Positions 1 through 11,505 of a stretch of 64,000 nucleotides of DNA are shown piece after piece (within the stretch, counting starts at the first letter, position 1; each line of letters opens with the position of its first letter). This DNA comes from Octopus sinensis (Eukaryota), in contig NC_043002.1 of assembly GCF_006345805.1 (NCBI RefSeq), forward strand, positions 110,670,001 to 110,734,000. The letters are read 5' to 3'. Made by a program: the position numbers and the translations under genes. Below the pieces are notes generated by a model. It searched no databases. It saw only the letters and a program-made list of their open reading frames with translations, and was not told the origin of the DNA.

Positions 1-434
1 TATTTGAATTTCTTATCTGATGAACCACATAACTAATCACTTATGTTATCCTCCTAGGGTCAATAAAATATACGGGAGCCATTGTCTGGGATAGATATAA
101 TTAAACCCACCAACCCCACATCAGTATGTTGCAACAATGTACGAAATCAATATATAAAGACTTTGTGTTATTCAATGAGATGATGTCTGAACTCTAGTGC
201 AAGATTTGTTTTGTGCTTGGAACTGTTAGACAGTTTATATAGCTTGGCTTTTTACTGGCTAGTATAACATCATATTTTGCTGATATAGAAGTTCAAGGTT
301 TGAAGCACAGACACACACGCACACACACACACACACACACCTATTCAACTAGTGAATTTCATTTCTGATGTTCTGGCGTTACAGTGTGATCAAACTTCTT
401 ATCCACAAAGCTGTATTTCCTTCCATATATACAT

Positions 435-562
435 ATCATCATCATCATCATCATCATCATTTAGCGTCCGTTTTCCATGCTAGCATGGGTTGGACGGTTC
501 AACAGGGGTCTGTGAAGCCAGAAGGCTGCATCAGGCCCAGTCTGATCTGGCAGTGTTTCTAC
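435..562 (-). mobile_element. RTE 3' UTR fragment
   Basis: (cat)n tttagcgtccgttttccatgctagcatgggttggacgg..., the reverse complement of the RTE tail. Confidence 0.8.
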
Positions 563-811
563 ATATATATATATATCTTTTCTATTTTAATCATTAGACT
601 GCAGCTATGCTGGAGTACTTCCCTTGAAGGGTTTAGTTGAACAAATTGACTCTTTTACTTATTTTTTTAAAACCTGGTAATTTATGGGGATGCAAACAAA
701 CCAGCACTGGTTGTCAAGCAGCAGTGAGAGACAAAGAGAAATACAAAGAAAAACGCACATGTATATGTGATGGGTTCTTTCAGTTTAAATTATATATATA
801 TATACATATAT

Positions 812-1016
812 GTGACCTCATGTGTACCGTTGGAGATTTTTTTTCCTCTGTCTTCCCTTCTCTGGATCTTTCCTTCTCCTATGTTTCCGACGAAGAGCTC
901 TGCTCTAAACGTTAAACCCTCCTTCTTCCCTTCTTTCCTGAGCGTCCAATAATACTATATTTGTTCCACGTCCTCGCCCTGTTGTGTTTTTTTGTGTTTT
1001 CATGTTTGGATTAACT
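812..1016 (+). mobile_element. Penelope-like pLTR remnant with degenerate hammerhead (883-917)
   Basis: gttt-CCGACGA-a gagc tct gctc-TAAA-C GT T-aaac, between two (TA)n tracts. G12 is replaced by T, so it is probably inactive. Confidence 0.45.
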
Positions 1017-1439
1017 TTATATATATGTGCAAATGTGTATGCTGGTGCATTGAATGATTGATGAGTATTCTGACAAGCTATACTCATTTGAAGTACCTCA
1101 CTTGAGTACGATTTACCAGAAGAATGAACTCTGTTGTTTTGATTCAATGCTACTGCAATTTGATATTTAATTATTATATTCTTTTTTGGGAAACATGTTT
1201 TCTTATCTTAAATTTTGTACTAAAGAAATGGAAACCCATCCATGTCCTACATACTTATTGTTTATCTGTGATATCGCAGTAGCCAGTTGTGTTTTAAATA
1301 GCGACTTACCAACTCAAAATTCCAGTGATTTTGTTTATCAACCCCAGTCAGCCTTTACCAAGCAGATCTATGACCAAAAGCATTCCATTCTTGTTCCTAC
1401 TTTTAATACACTTCATTTAGGAATATAAATGCAGAGTAA

Positions 1440-1828
1440 GTGCAGGTTCAGCTATGTGGTAAGAAGTTAGCTTCCCAGCCACATAGTTTCAGTTAAAGCC
1501 CCACTGTGTAGCACCTTGGGCAAGTGTCTTCTATTAAAGCCCCAGGCCAACCAAAGCCTTGTATGTGCATTTGACAGAGACTGAAAGAGCACTTGTGTGT
1601 GTGTGTGAGACTCTCTCTCTCTCTCTCTCCTTGTCTTGACATCATGTGATTATTGTGGGTGAGTGTCCCAGTCATACCTGCTTATCTTTAATTTGCAATT
1701 TTCCATGAAAACATATCTACCTTTGGAGAAATATTACCTTTCTTGAAAACAGGTGAGGGTTGGCAACAAGAAAGGCATCCAGAAAAATCCCATACAACCC
1801 TTGCAAGCATGGAAAAGTGGCCATTAAA
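1440..1828 (+). mobile_element. Old SINE family G (A-type head plus RTE-type tail)
   Basis: tRNA head plus accttgggcaagtgtctt, (GT)(CT) tract, then aaacaggtgagggttggc...ggcatcc...gcaagcatggaaaagtgg.cattaaa. Confidence 0.62.
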
Positions 1829-1963
1829 GCAGTTAAGTAATATATTAGATATTTTATATTGATTCCTTATTATTGGTGCAAGGTTTGAAATTTACAAATA
1901 AAAGGAAAGGGATTGTGTGATGTTCATGCTTTTCTCATAAGTGTTAGAAACATAATTAAATGA

Positions 1964-2509
1964 GACCCGGCAGGACAAGTGAGGCCATAACCCATGGCCC
2001 CTACCTGGGATGTAGTCAGTCCACCTGTGCATACCTTCCTTCTTGGGACACATATCTCTACTTGTGAAGACCTGTTGAGGCAAGTGAAAATCAAAAAATC
2101 AAAAATCAAAGAATCAAATCAAAATCGATGAACATCAGTGGAATTTGTAGTTTTGTGATACCAGTGCGGGTGGCACATAAGAAAACCATCTGAACGTGGC
2201 CGTAGCCAGTACCGCATCGACTGGCCTCCGTGCTGGTGGCACGTAACAAACACCATCCAATCATGGCCGTGCCAGCCTTGCCTGGCCTCCGTGCCGGTGG
2301 CACGTAAAAAACACCATCCGAGCGTGGCCGTTCGCCAGCCTCGTCTGGCACCTGTGTTGGTGGCACATAAAAAGTACTCACTACACTCACGGAGTGGTTG
2401 GCGTTAGGAAGGGCATCCAGCTGTAGAAACACCGCCAGATCTGACTGGCCTTGAACCATCCAACCCATGCTAGCATGGAAAGCGGACGTTAAACGATGAT
2501 GATGATGAT
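1964..2509 (+). mobile_element. RTE LINE 3' end (last codons plus 3' UTR with tandem units) with 103/105-bp flanking direct repeats
   Basis: Begins near ...TRQDK*, contains four gtggcac..aaaa.cacc units and ggaagggcatcc, and ends ggacgttaaac(gat)n. Direct repeats at 1861-1963 and 2510-2614. Confidence 0.82.
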
Positions 2510-3984
2510 GATTCCTTATTATTGGTGCAAGGTTTGAAATTTACAAATAAAAGGAAAGGGATTGTGTGATGTTCATGCTTTTCAAATAAGTGTTTTAGAA
2601 ACATAATTAAATGAATTGACTTTAACTGGGAGTCAAAGCTCTATGGAATTCTTATGTAATATATTTACTAACTATTACTAATAGGGGCAAGATGCTGTGT
2701 TAGTAACACATTTTTATTTCTTATTTTGGAACATATACGTAAAATGTAAAATTTTATTATTAGTGTCAGCTTTATTATCTAATCCCTGTCCATGTTAGCG
2801 ATAAGCATTTGTCTGGTACTGTAAATGTGAAGGATTGCTTGTAATGGACATTAATGATAATGTGTATAGCATCAATATTAATCTAATTGCTTAGGGATCT
2901 GAACATCTTAGGATACAAATTATACGGAACTCTCTGGGGGTAAATAATAATGTCAGTCTTTGGAATTACATAAGCATGTCATCTTCTGTTAATCGCAGTG
3001 TGACATTATTTATTGACCCAAATTATAAGAAATCATACTTTGGGTTTCCTCTTGATAGCCAATCCTCCTGTATTACAAATGATAACAGCATGTTTATTTT
3101 GTTATTGAAAGTTTTAGAACTTAGAAGAACTACTTAAACATCAGCCTCTTATATTCCTCCCACTTGATCAACCTTATTGCCAAAGATCTCATTTTTCTTG
3201 GGAATTGTAGATCTGAAGGTTTCTATTGATGTTTGTATTTCTTTTCTTTCTTTGTTTTTCATTCTTTAATACCAGCTCTCTTTTTTTCTGTCTTCTTTTA
3301 ACCACTTGACAGTGGTGCTATAATTTGCCTTTTGCTTTTTCATATTCTTTAATAAATATGCTTGGAAAATCTATGCAATGCAGAGTAAATAAATGTGTTC
3401 AGCATCAGTTAAATCAATACTAGGAAACTACGATATCTGTGTTAAAGCAAATATACTTTCAAATTTTACTCTCATGCACACAAGCAACCACAAACACATA
3501 CACACACCTGCCAGCATAAATCCATACAAATACATTGTAGGTAGTGCTATTCATGAAATAATCCACTGTAAAACGCTGTCCTCAATTGAACTTACATTTC
3601 ATATTTTATATACTTTTATAATTTTATATAACTTTTCTTTACACTTTTCAACATTGAGAATTATAGTTAGATTTACTCATCATCATCATCATCTACATAA
3701 AGTTTTAAGTGTGGTCCTTTTATTTAAATTTTTTTTTTCTTTGCTTTCCTGAAGGGAAGAAATTTATCACAACCACCTTTTCCTTGAATTGCAAGCACTT
3801 GAACTTTGCCACCCTCATTTTTGTTGTTTTATAAATTGAACTGCAGGAGTTAATAGCGAGGCATCAGTTGCCCTAGTTCTAAAGTTTGGAAATGTAAACA
3901 CAACAGTCCCTCTTCCCCTCTTTAATTTATAAAGAGAAAGTTAGATATATTTGTTGCATGATGGCATCTTCTCTTTCTCTTTTT

Positions 3985-4308
3985 TCTCTTTTTACTTGTT
4001 TCAGTCATTTTGACTGCGGCCATGCTGGAGCACCGCCTTTAATCGAGCAACTCGACTCCGGGACTTATTCTTTGTAAGCCCAGTACTTATTCTATCGGTC
4101 TCTTTTGCCGAACCGCTAAGTGACGGGGACATAAACACACCAGCATCGGTTGTCAAGCAATGCTAGGGGGACAAACACAGACACATAAACATACACATAC
4201 ATACATACATACATATATATATATACACACACACACATATATACGACGGGCTTCTTTCAGTTTCCGTCTACCAAATCCACTCACAAGGCTTTGGTCGGCC
4301 CAAACTAT
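3985..4308 (-). mobile_element. SINE family A, head missing
   Basis: Tail and body match the other copies. Confidence 0.85.
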
Positions 4309-5575
4309 TGAGTGTAACTGTTTATCTTCTCTACAGTAGGAGAATATGTACACAAGTCATTCAGTATTATGCATGTTGCCAACTGCATTATTTACAGTTA
4401 AAGTGGTGCTACATTCTAGTGCTTATGAGTGCTGTGCATATAGCTGAGTTTATCTCATTGACAAGATGTACAATTTGAATTGTATGCAGTATCCATTATG
4501 ACTACTGTCAAATATTTCATTTCAGTAGACAAATCTATTTTTAATCACAGAATGGAAAAAAAATCTTTTAAATATAATGAAACCATTCTAGAAGTATGTA
4601 TCAGAATATTTTATTGGTTGTATTTTTAATTTACCTATTTTTAATAGCAAATTTTGGTGTAAAATAGCAAATTCAGCATGAAATCTGTTAGGGAGGCATT
4701 TTGAGAAATTGATCAGAAAATGATGACAATGATAATAGATGAGATTTTCACTTATATCAATCTTCCTACATTATTCTGTGTGACATGATTAAACATGCAT
4801 GCTCATGCACTTATATAAATATAACACATATGCAACTTTATCAGAAAATACACATCTGAATGTGCATGCACGCGTGTGTGTGTGTGTCTGCATACATATA
4901 TAGATATATATTTGTGAGGGAGAAAGTCATAGATAACAATATATGTTTATATTTATAGATACAGATGTACAAGGATAAAGATACACACATGCACTATGTG
5001 AGAGAGTAGATGGTAGGTTTTTTTCAGAATATAACTAAAATACCACAACATACACAGGAGTTCATAAATCATCTTCTAAACTACATATTATAATTCAAAT
5101 TTCTGTACATTTTCCTATTTTGTCTAGTTTTAGAGTATGAGAAAATTACAAGAACCAAATTTTCAAGAGAGATAGATACTAAAATGTCCATATTGGCATT
5201 AATATTCTCCTGAGTCATAAGACTTCAGAAATAAAAAGTTGTGGGGGGATGTCATTTCCAAATATGGAAAAATTATTATTATTATTATTATTATTATTAT
5301 TTAAATTCATTTATCTTTCTGAATTATAAATTTTCTGTCCTAACTTTTTTTCTTCCATTTATAAACAGTTTAGGCGTCAAGTATAATATTATCAAATGAA
5401 GTATGAAAAAAAAGTTTCTTAAAATTTCACCTACAGTTCTTTTGATGTGATTATCATTATTGTGTTATGTCTAACTGAATATATTTTATGAATTTCTATT
5501 ACATAGAAGCAGGTTTTCTGATTCTCTGAAATTATCAGTGTTTCTGCTCTCATATGGCAAGTTGTTATCATTTCA

Positions 5576-5928
5576 TTTATGATCTCTGCCTTAGCGAAGG
5601 CAGTCGTGTTTGTATGTCTCTGGACAAGATATCTCAAGAACTCCTGGATGGATTCGGATGAAAATTTCAGGGTTGTTTGGCCTTGTGATTGGCATGAACT
5701 GATTCGATTTTGGGATCAATCTGGTGTCAGACAAGGATTCTTGATTATTTTTCCTGTTTTTTTTATTTAATTTTTGAGAGCGGTTGGGTTCAATTTTAGT
5801 ATTCTTGTCTGTGAGAGCAGGCAAGTTTATTTCAGATATTCTCATTCTAAAAAGCATCTCTCACTAATCATTGAGAGGACATTGGTGCTGCCTTGGCGGA
5901 AGTTTGCACTCTCTGAGTGCTCTTGTTT
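5576..5928 (+). mobile_element. Helentron-associated (HINE/DINE-1-like) non-autonomous element
   Basis: 5' hairpin ctgccttagcgaaggcag; subterminal inverted repeat gctgccttggcggaag; 3' stem-loop gcactc-tct-gagtgc; T-rich ends. Confidence 0.6.
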
Positions 5929-6250
5929 ATCTTGTTTTCACTCCATATATACATATATATATCATCATCATCGTTTAACGTCCACCTTCCATGCTGGCAT
6001 GGGTGGGACAAGAGCCAGCCAGGCAGACGCCTGAACCATACTTCTCTCTCGAGAGAGAGAGAGGGGGATCATCATAATCGTTTTAATGTCTACTTTTCCA
6101 TGCTTGCATGAGTCAAATAGGATTTGCTGAAACAGCCCTATAAGACCAGATATTCCTATCAACAACCCTCACCTGTTTACATGCAGGTAATATTTTCTTC
6201 TAATTCAGAAATGTTTTGAAGGAGGAAAGCAAACAAAGAGCCACTTGTAT

Positions 6251-6665
<415 letters not shown>

Positions 6666-7501
6666 GTATGTTATCTTTTCAACTTGTTGAAAGAATTCCA
6701 TTATTTCTTAACTTACTCTTTTTTTAAACCTTTGTAATTATTCCCCTATTTTCTCCTCCTCATTTAAAAGGGAATCATTATCCATTATTATTCCAGTGTT
6801 GAATTGTCAATTTAATGTTTTCATGGTTTTACTGTATTAATATTCCAGCCAGCATGCTGCTTCTTTTGATGATGATGATGAGGATGATATAATTCTATTT
6901 ATTTTCATCTAATTTTGTTTCCAATGAGAAGGCTATATTCTTCAGGCTTGGTAACATAATTTGGATTTCTATTAAGACCAAAAAAGAAAGAAAAATATTC
7001 ACTTAACAGCTCTTAGTTATAGTTTTCCAAAATTTTCTACAAAGATCTGTTGTATTGATTTAAAGAGAAAGGTGTTGTGCTAAACTGCTGTGTAATGAGC
7101 TTTCAATGATGTACTTCATCAGTTAAATTAAAAGCTAATTTGTTGTAGAATGATTTTTCTTCTTGTCTCATCAAAACGAACTCATTGTTCTTTTATTTAT
7201 TTTCATTGTAAAATTACTATTATTCAGCTACTTCAATATTTTCTATTAACTTGCTAAATATACCTAGCATATGAATAACACTCAGGTTGGATAAGATCAT
7301 TAAAAAACTATTTGGATTCTGTGCTTTTATTGTGCATTGTCTTTAGGCTGAGACTTTCATTACTGCTCATTGAGAGCAGTTCTCTAAAAATTATTAGTTC
7401 ATTAGCAGGGAATTAAATGGTGCAATTTCAACATTTTAAAATGATTTTCATTTGAAACATCTATGTCTAAATATCTAGACTTGGATGGATTAGTAATATA
7501 T

Positions 7502-7727
7502 ACTCTTTTACTCTTTTACTTGTTTCAGTCATTTGACTCCGGCCATGCTGGAGCACCGCCTTTAGTCGAGCAAATCGACCCCGGGACTTATTCTTTGTAA
7601 GCCCAGTACTTATTATATCGGTCTCTTTTTGCTGAACCGCTAAGTGACGAGGACATAAACACACCAGCATCGGTTGTCAAGCAATGCTAGGGGGACAAAC
7701 ACAGACACACAAACATATACACACACA

Positions 7728-7783
<56 letters not shown>

Positions 7784-7949
7784 TACGACAGGCTTCTTTC
7801 AGTTTCCGTCTACCAAATCCACTCACAAGGCATTGGTCGGCCCGGGGCTATAGCAGAAGACACTTGCCTAAGATGCCACGCAGTGGGACTGAACCCGGAA
7901 CCATGTGGTTGGTTAGCAAGCTACTTACCACACAGCCACTCCTGCGCCT
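7502..7949 (-). mobile_element. tRNA-derived SINE family A
   Basis: Head aggcgcaggagTGGCTGTGTGG...GGTTCAGTCC (A/B boxes), then accttgggcaagtg (recalled CORE-like), central (CA)n(TA)n and a (GTAAAAGA)n tail. Confidence 0.9.
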
Positions 7950-8300
7950 ATATATAGTACCTTCTGATAGATGACCAGAAATTGATGGTTTAATTACTTT
8001 TGATGGTACTGTAATGGAACAGTGGCAAGACACTGTCTCTTACTTGTTACTTCGATTTAGTTGGCTTAATTATATAGGCACTACTACTATCATGCTAAAA
8101 ACAACTATTGGATAAAACTTCCACAAAATTTCCTAGAAAAAGAAAACCTACCCACCTCAGTAAAATTAAGTTCTGGAAGCACTGTGTTCCACCCACCTGT
8201 AACACTAAATCTTTCACTCACCCTACCCCTATAAAACAAATTGCATCTTCTCTTCCTCACATTTCCTCTTTTTCATGCACTATGTTTATCTCTTTCTCAT

Positions 8301-8682
8301 GGAGGCGCAATGGCCCAGTGGTTAGGGCAGTGGACTCGCGGTCGTAGGATCGCGGTTTCGATTCCCAGACCTGGCGTTGTGAGTGTTTATTGAGCGAAAA
8401 CACCTAAAGCTCCACGAGGCTCCGGCAGGGGATGGTGGTGATCCCTGCTGTACTCATTCACCACAACTTTCTCTCACTCTTACTTCCTGTTTCTGTTGTA
8501 CCTGTATTTCAAAGGGCCGGCCTTGTCACTCTCTGTGTCACGCTGAATATCTCCGAGAACTGCGTTAAGGGTGCACATGTCTGTGGAGTGCTCAGCCACT
8601 TACACGTTAATTTCATGAGCAGGCTGTTCTGTTGATCAGATCAACCGGAACCCTCGTCGTCGTAACCGACAGAGTGCTTCCA
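8301..8682 (+). mobile_element. tRNA-derived SINE family D (about 380 bp, GC-rich)
   Basis: ggaggcgcaaTGGCCCAGTGG...GGTTTCGATTCC head; exact 13-bp TSD ttatctctttctc (8286-8298, 8684-8696). Confidence 0.9.
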
Positions 8683-8724
8683 GTTATCTCTTTCTCCCCA
8701 CTCCTGCTGCTGCCCAATTCCACT

Positions 8725-8882
8725 CTGTGGATGGCATTAGGAAGGACTTTCAGTCATAAAAACCATGCCAAAACAGATATTGGAGTTTGTTGCAGTCCTC
8801 TGGCATACCACCAGCTCCACTCAAACCATCCATCCCATGCCAGCATGGAAGACAGACATTAAATGATGATGATGGTAATGAT
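8725..8882 (+). mobile_element. Older RTE 3' UTR fragment
   Basis: ggcattaggaaggactttcag...cccatgccagcatggaagacagacattaaa(tga)n. Confidence 0.65.
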
Positions 8883-9166
8883 GTTTAATAGTCTTTCCCA
8901 TCTAGGCAAGAACTTTAAGTCAAATCATCTCTGTTAATTAGCTGGAGATAGAAGTATTTACAATTACTGAACTTCAATCTGCCCATTAACTTTAAGAAAA
9001 CACGCAAGAGGAGGAGAATTTTAATGTATCTCTTTTTTATTTGCTACATGGTAAATAAGTTTTTAGCTATGTCTCCATGAGCTGTTCATCTTATAATGTG
9101 GTTGATGTCGCTAAGAATTTTATGGTGTCTCAATAGCTAGTGCAGACCATATTAAATCAAGATATA

Positions 9167-9396
9167 TATTTCTTTACTACCCACAAGGGGCTACACATAC
9201 ACACAGAGGAGACAAATAAGGACAGACAAACGGATTACATCGACCCCAGTGCATAACTGGTACTTAATTTATCGACCCCCGAGAGGATGAAAGGCAAAGT
9301 CGACCTCGGCGGAATTTGAACTCAGAACGTAACGGCAGACGAAGTACAGCTACGCATTTCGCCCAGCGTGCTACCGTTTCTGCCAGCTTGCCGCCT
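9167..9396 (-). mobile_element. SINE family B (230 bp)
   Basis: Head ggcggc.agctggcagaaacg...gagttcaaattcc, central gcctttcatcct...ggggtcgataaat.aagtacc (recalled Meta-domain-like); exact 15-bp TSD ttaaatcaagatata (9152-9166, 9397-9411). Confidence 0.88.
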
Positions 9397-9626
9397 TTAA
9401 ATCAAGATATACTTTGAGTTTCCTAACTTTTGAATCTTCTAATTCTAAATGTTTTCCTTATGTAGTTATTATTTAACCCTGGGGTAAGTGAGGTTGAGCT
9501 GACAAATGATCAGAGGCCATGAGCATCAAGTCTTTTCTTGAATCAAGGGCTATGTTGTCTAATGCGTCCTTTTATGACAACGCAGTGTGATTTAAGGTAA
9601 ATGTCTGTACTATTTCTAGTAGTCCA

Positions 9627-10000
9627 CATCATCATCATCATCATCATCATCGTTTAGCGTCCGCTTTCCATGCTAGCATGGGTTGGACGGTTCAACTGGG
9701 GTCTGTGAAGCCAGAAGGCTTCATCAGGCCCAGTCTTATCTGGCAGTGTTTCTACGGCTGGATGCCCTTCCTAACGCCAACCACTCCATGAGTGTAGTGG
9801 GTGCTTTTTACGTGCCACCCGCACAGGTGCCAGATGGAGCTGGCAAACGGCCACGGACGGATGGTGCTTTTTATGTGCCACCGGCACGGGGGCCAGGCGA
9901 GGCTGGCAAACGGCCACGGACGGATGGTGCTTTTTATGTGCCACCGGCACGGAGGCCAGGCGAGGCTGGCAACGGCCACAAACGGATGGTGCTTTTTACA
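9627..10000 (-). mobile_element. RTE 3' UTR fragment with three tandem units
   Basis: RTE tail plus repeated tggtgctttttatgtgccacc units. Confidence 0.82.
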
Positions 10001-10193
10001 TTAATATATTCTTGTTGGCTCATTATTCTTGCATAGATTATGTAGTATGTGTTATAAGGCTGAATATATTCTTCATGTAAACCACAAGGGAGGAAGTCAT
10101 TTCAGTACCAATTTGAAGAGTTGAATTGTCTTCTAAGACTTCTCTCCTGAGGCATAAAGTTTTTAACTGATCTGAACTATAAGTGTTCAGTTA

Positions 10194-10224
<31 letters not shown>

Positions 10225-10918
10225 CTTTCCTCCCTACCTCGTCATTCCATAATATATTTGTTAAAATTTTGCCTATGCATTGAGCTATAAACATTTTAGT
10301 ATTTCCTACTTCAAACTATAAAACTGAAATATATAGAGTTAACTACAAGCAAGGTTTTAACTTCAAAAGCAATAGGATTTGGTGAGATATATACTGGGTT
10401 TCTTACATGTTCGGGCCTTGTTTCTAAAGAAACTGTGTTCCTTAACAGTTTTTATGGAATTTTATTAAGAAAATGTACTATTGTCTAATATATTTTTCAA
10501 TAAATATCAACCTTTCTGATAAATATCAACATAATGCTATAACGTTTCAATGGCATTCTTTAATTCCAGGATAACTAATTTGAACAAAGGGAGCAGTTTG
10601 TTCTGGTTGTACTTTACATTGAATGATACCAAATTCCTATTCATTCACCAAACTTTATCTACTAGTTATCTAATATAATTTTTTTCTATTCACAGGATTC
10701 TCTAATGTTTGGGGAATTAGGTCAGACATTTCAGACTTCAATGATGAAATGTTTTCTTGTTAGGTGATGGCATGACTCTGTGGTTAAGAAGTTTACTTCC
10801 TGTCCACTTGGCTTAAAGGTTCAGTGTCACTGCATGACACTTTGGATAAAGGTCTTCTACTCTTTCCCAGGCCGACCAAATCCTTGTGAGTGGATTTGAT
10901 AGATGGTAATTGAAAGAA

Positions 10919-11149
10919 GGTGGCGAGCTGGCAGAAACGTTAGCACGCCAGGCGAAATGCTCAGTGGTATTTCGTCTGCCGCTACGTTCTGAGTTCAAAT
11001 TCCGCCGAGGTCAACTTTGCCTTTCATTCTTTCGAGGTCGATTAAATAAGTACCAGTTACGCACTGGGGTCAATATAATCGATTTAACCCATTTGTCTGT
11101 TCTTGTTTGTCCTCTCTGTGTTTAGCCCATTGTGGGTAGTAAAGAAATA
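10919..11149 (+). mobile_element. SINE family B nested in an old SINE-A-like copy
   Basis: 14-bp TSD ggtaattgaaagaa (10905-10918, 11150-11163). Confidence 0.88.
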
Positions 11150-11194
11150 GGTAATTGAAAGAAGGCCATCATATGCATGTGTTGGTGTGTATAT

Positions 11195-11498
11195 TCTTTT
11201 GTTTCAGTCATTAGACTTTGACCATGCTGGGGCACCACCTTGCAGAATTTTTGTCAAATAAATCAACCCCAGCACTTTTGCTTTTTTTACAGCCTGGTAC
11301 TTATTCAATTAGTCTCTTTTGCCAAACTGCCAAGTTTTAGGGATGTAAACACAACAACATACCAAATCCACCCTTAAGGCTTTGGTCAGCCAAAGGCTTT
11401 AGTAGAAAACATTTGCCCAAGATGCCACACAATGGAATTGAACCCTGAACTATGTGGTTGGGAAGTAAGCTTCTTACTACACAGCCACTCCTGTGCCT
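11195..11498 (-). mobile_element. Old diverged SINE-A-like copy
   Basis: Degenerate body and head (cacagccactcctgtgcct). Confidence 0.65.
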
Positions 11499-11505
11499 AT
11501 TTTAT

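Noticed and set aside
15-45. ctgatga near the window start (also at 17685, 35896, 45972) as hammerhead cores
   Set aside because: There is no downstream GAAA or pairing stems.
1730-1765. Twister ribozyme remnant in the SINE-G tail (acct...aggt gaggg ttgg)
   Set aside because: Only a P2-like helix and GAGGG are present; P4 and the CCCAAGC loop are absent.
8301-8375. tRNA gene (also the heads of SINE A and D copies)
   Set aside because: A and B boxes are present, but there is no complete acceptor stem, and each head runs into a repeated SINE body with TSDs.
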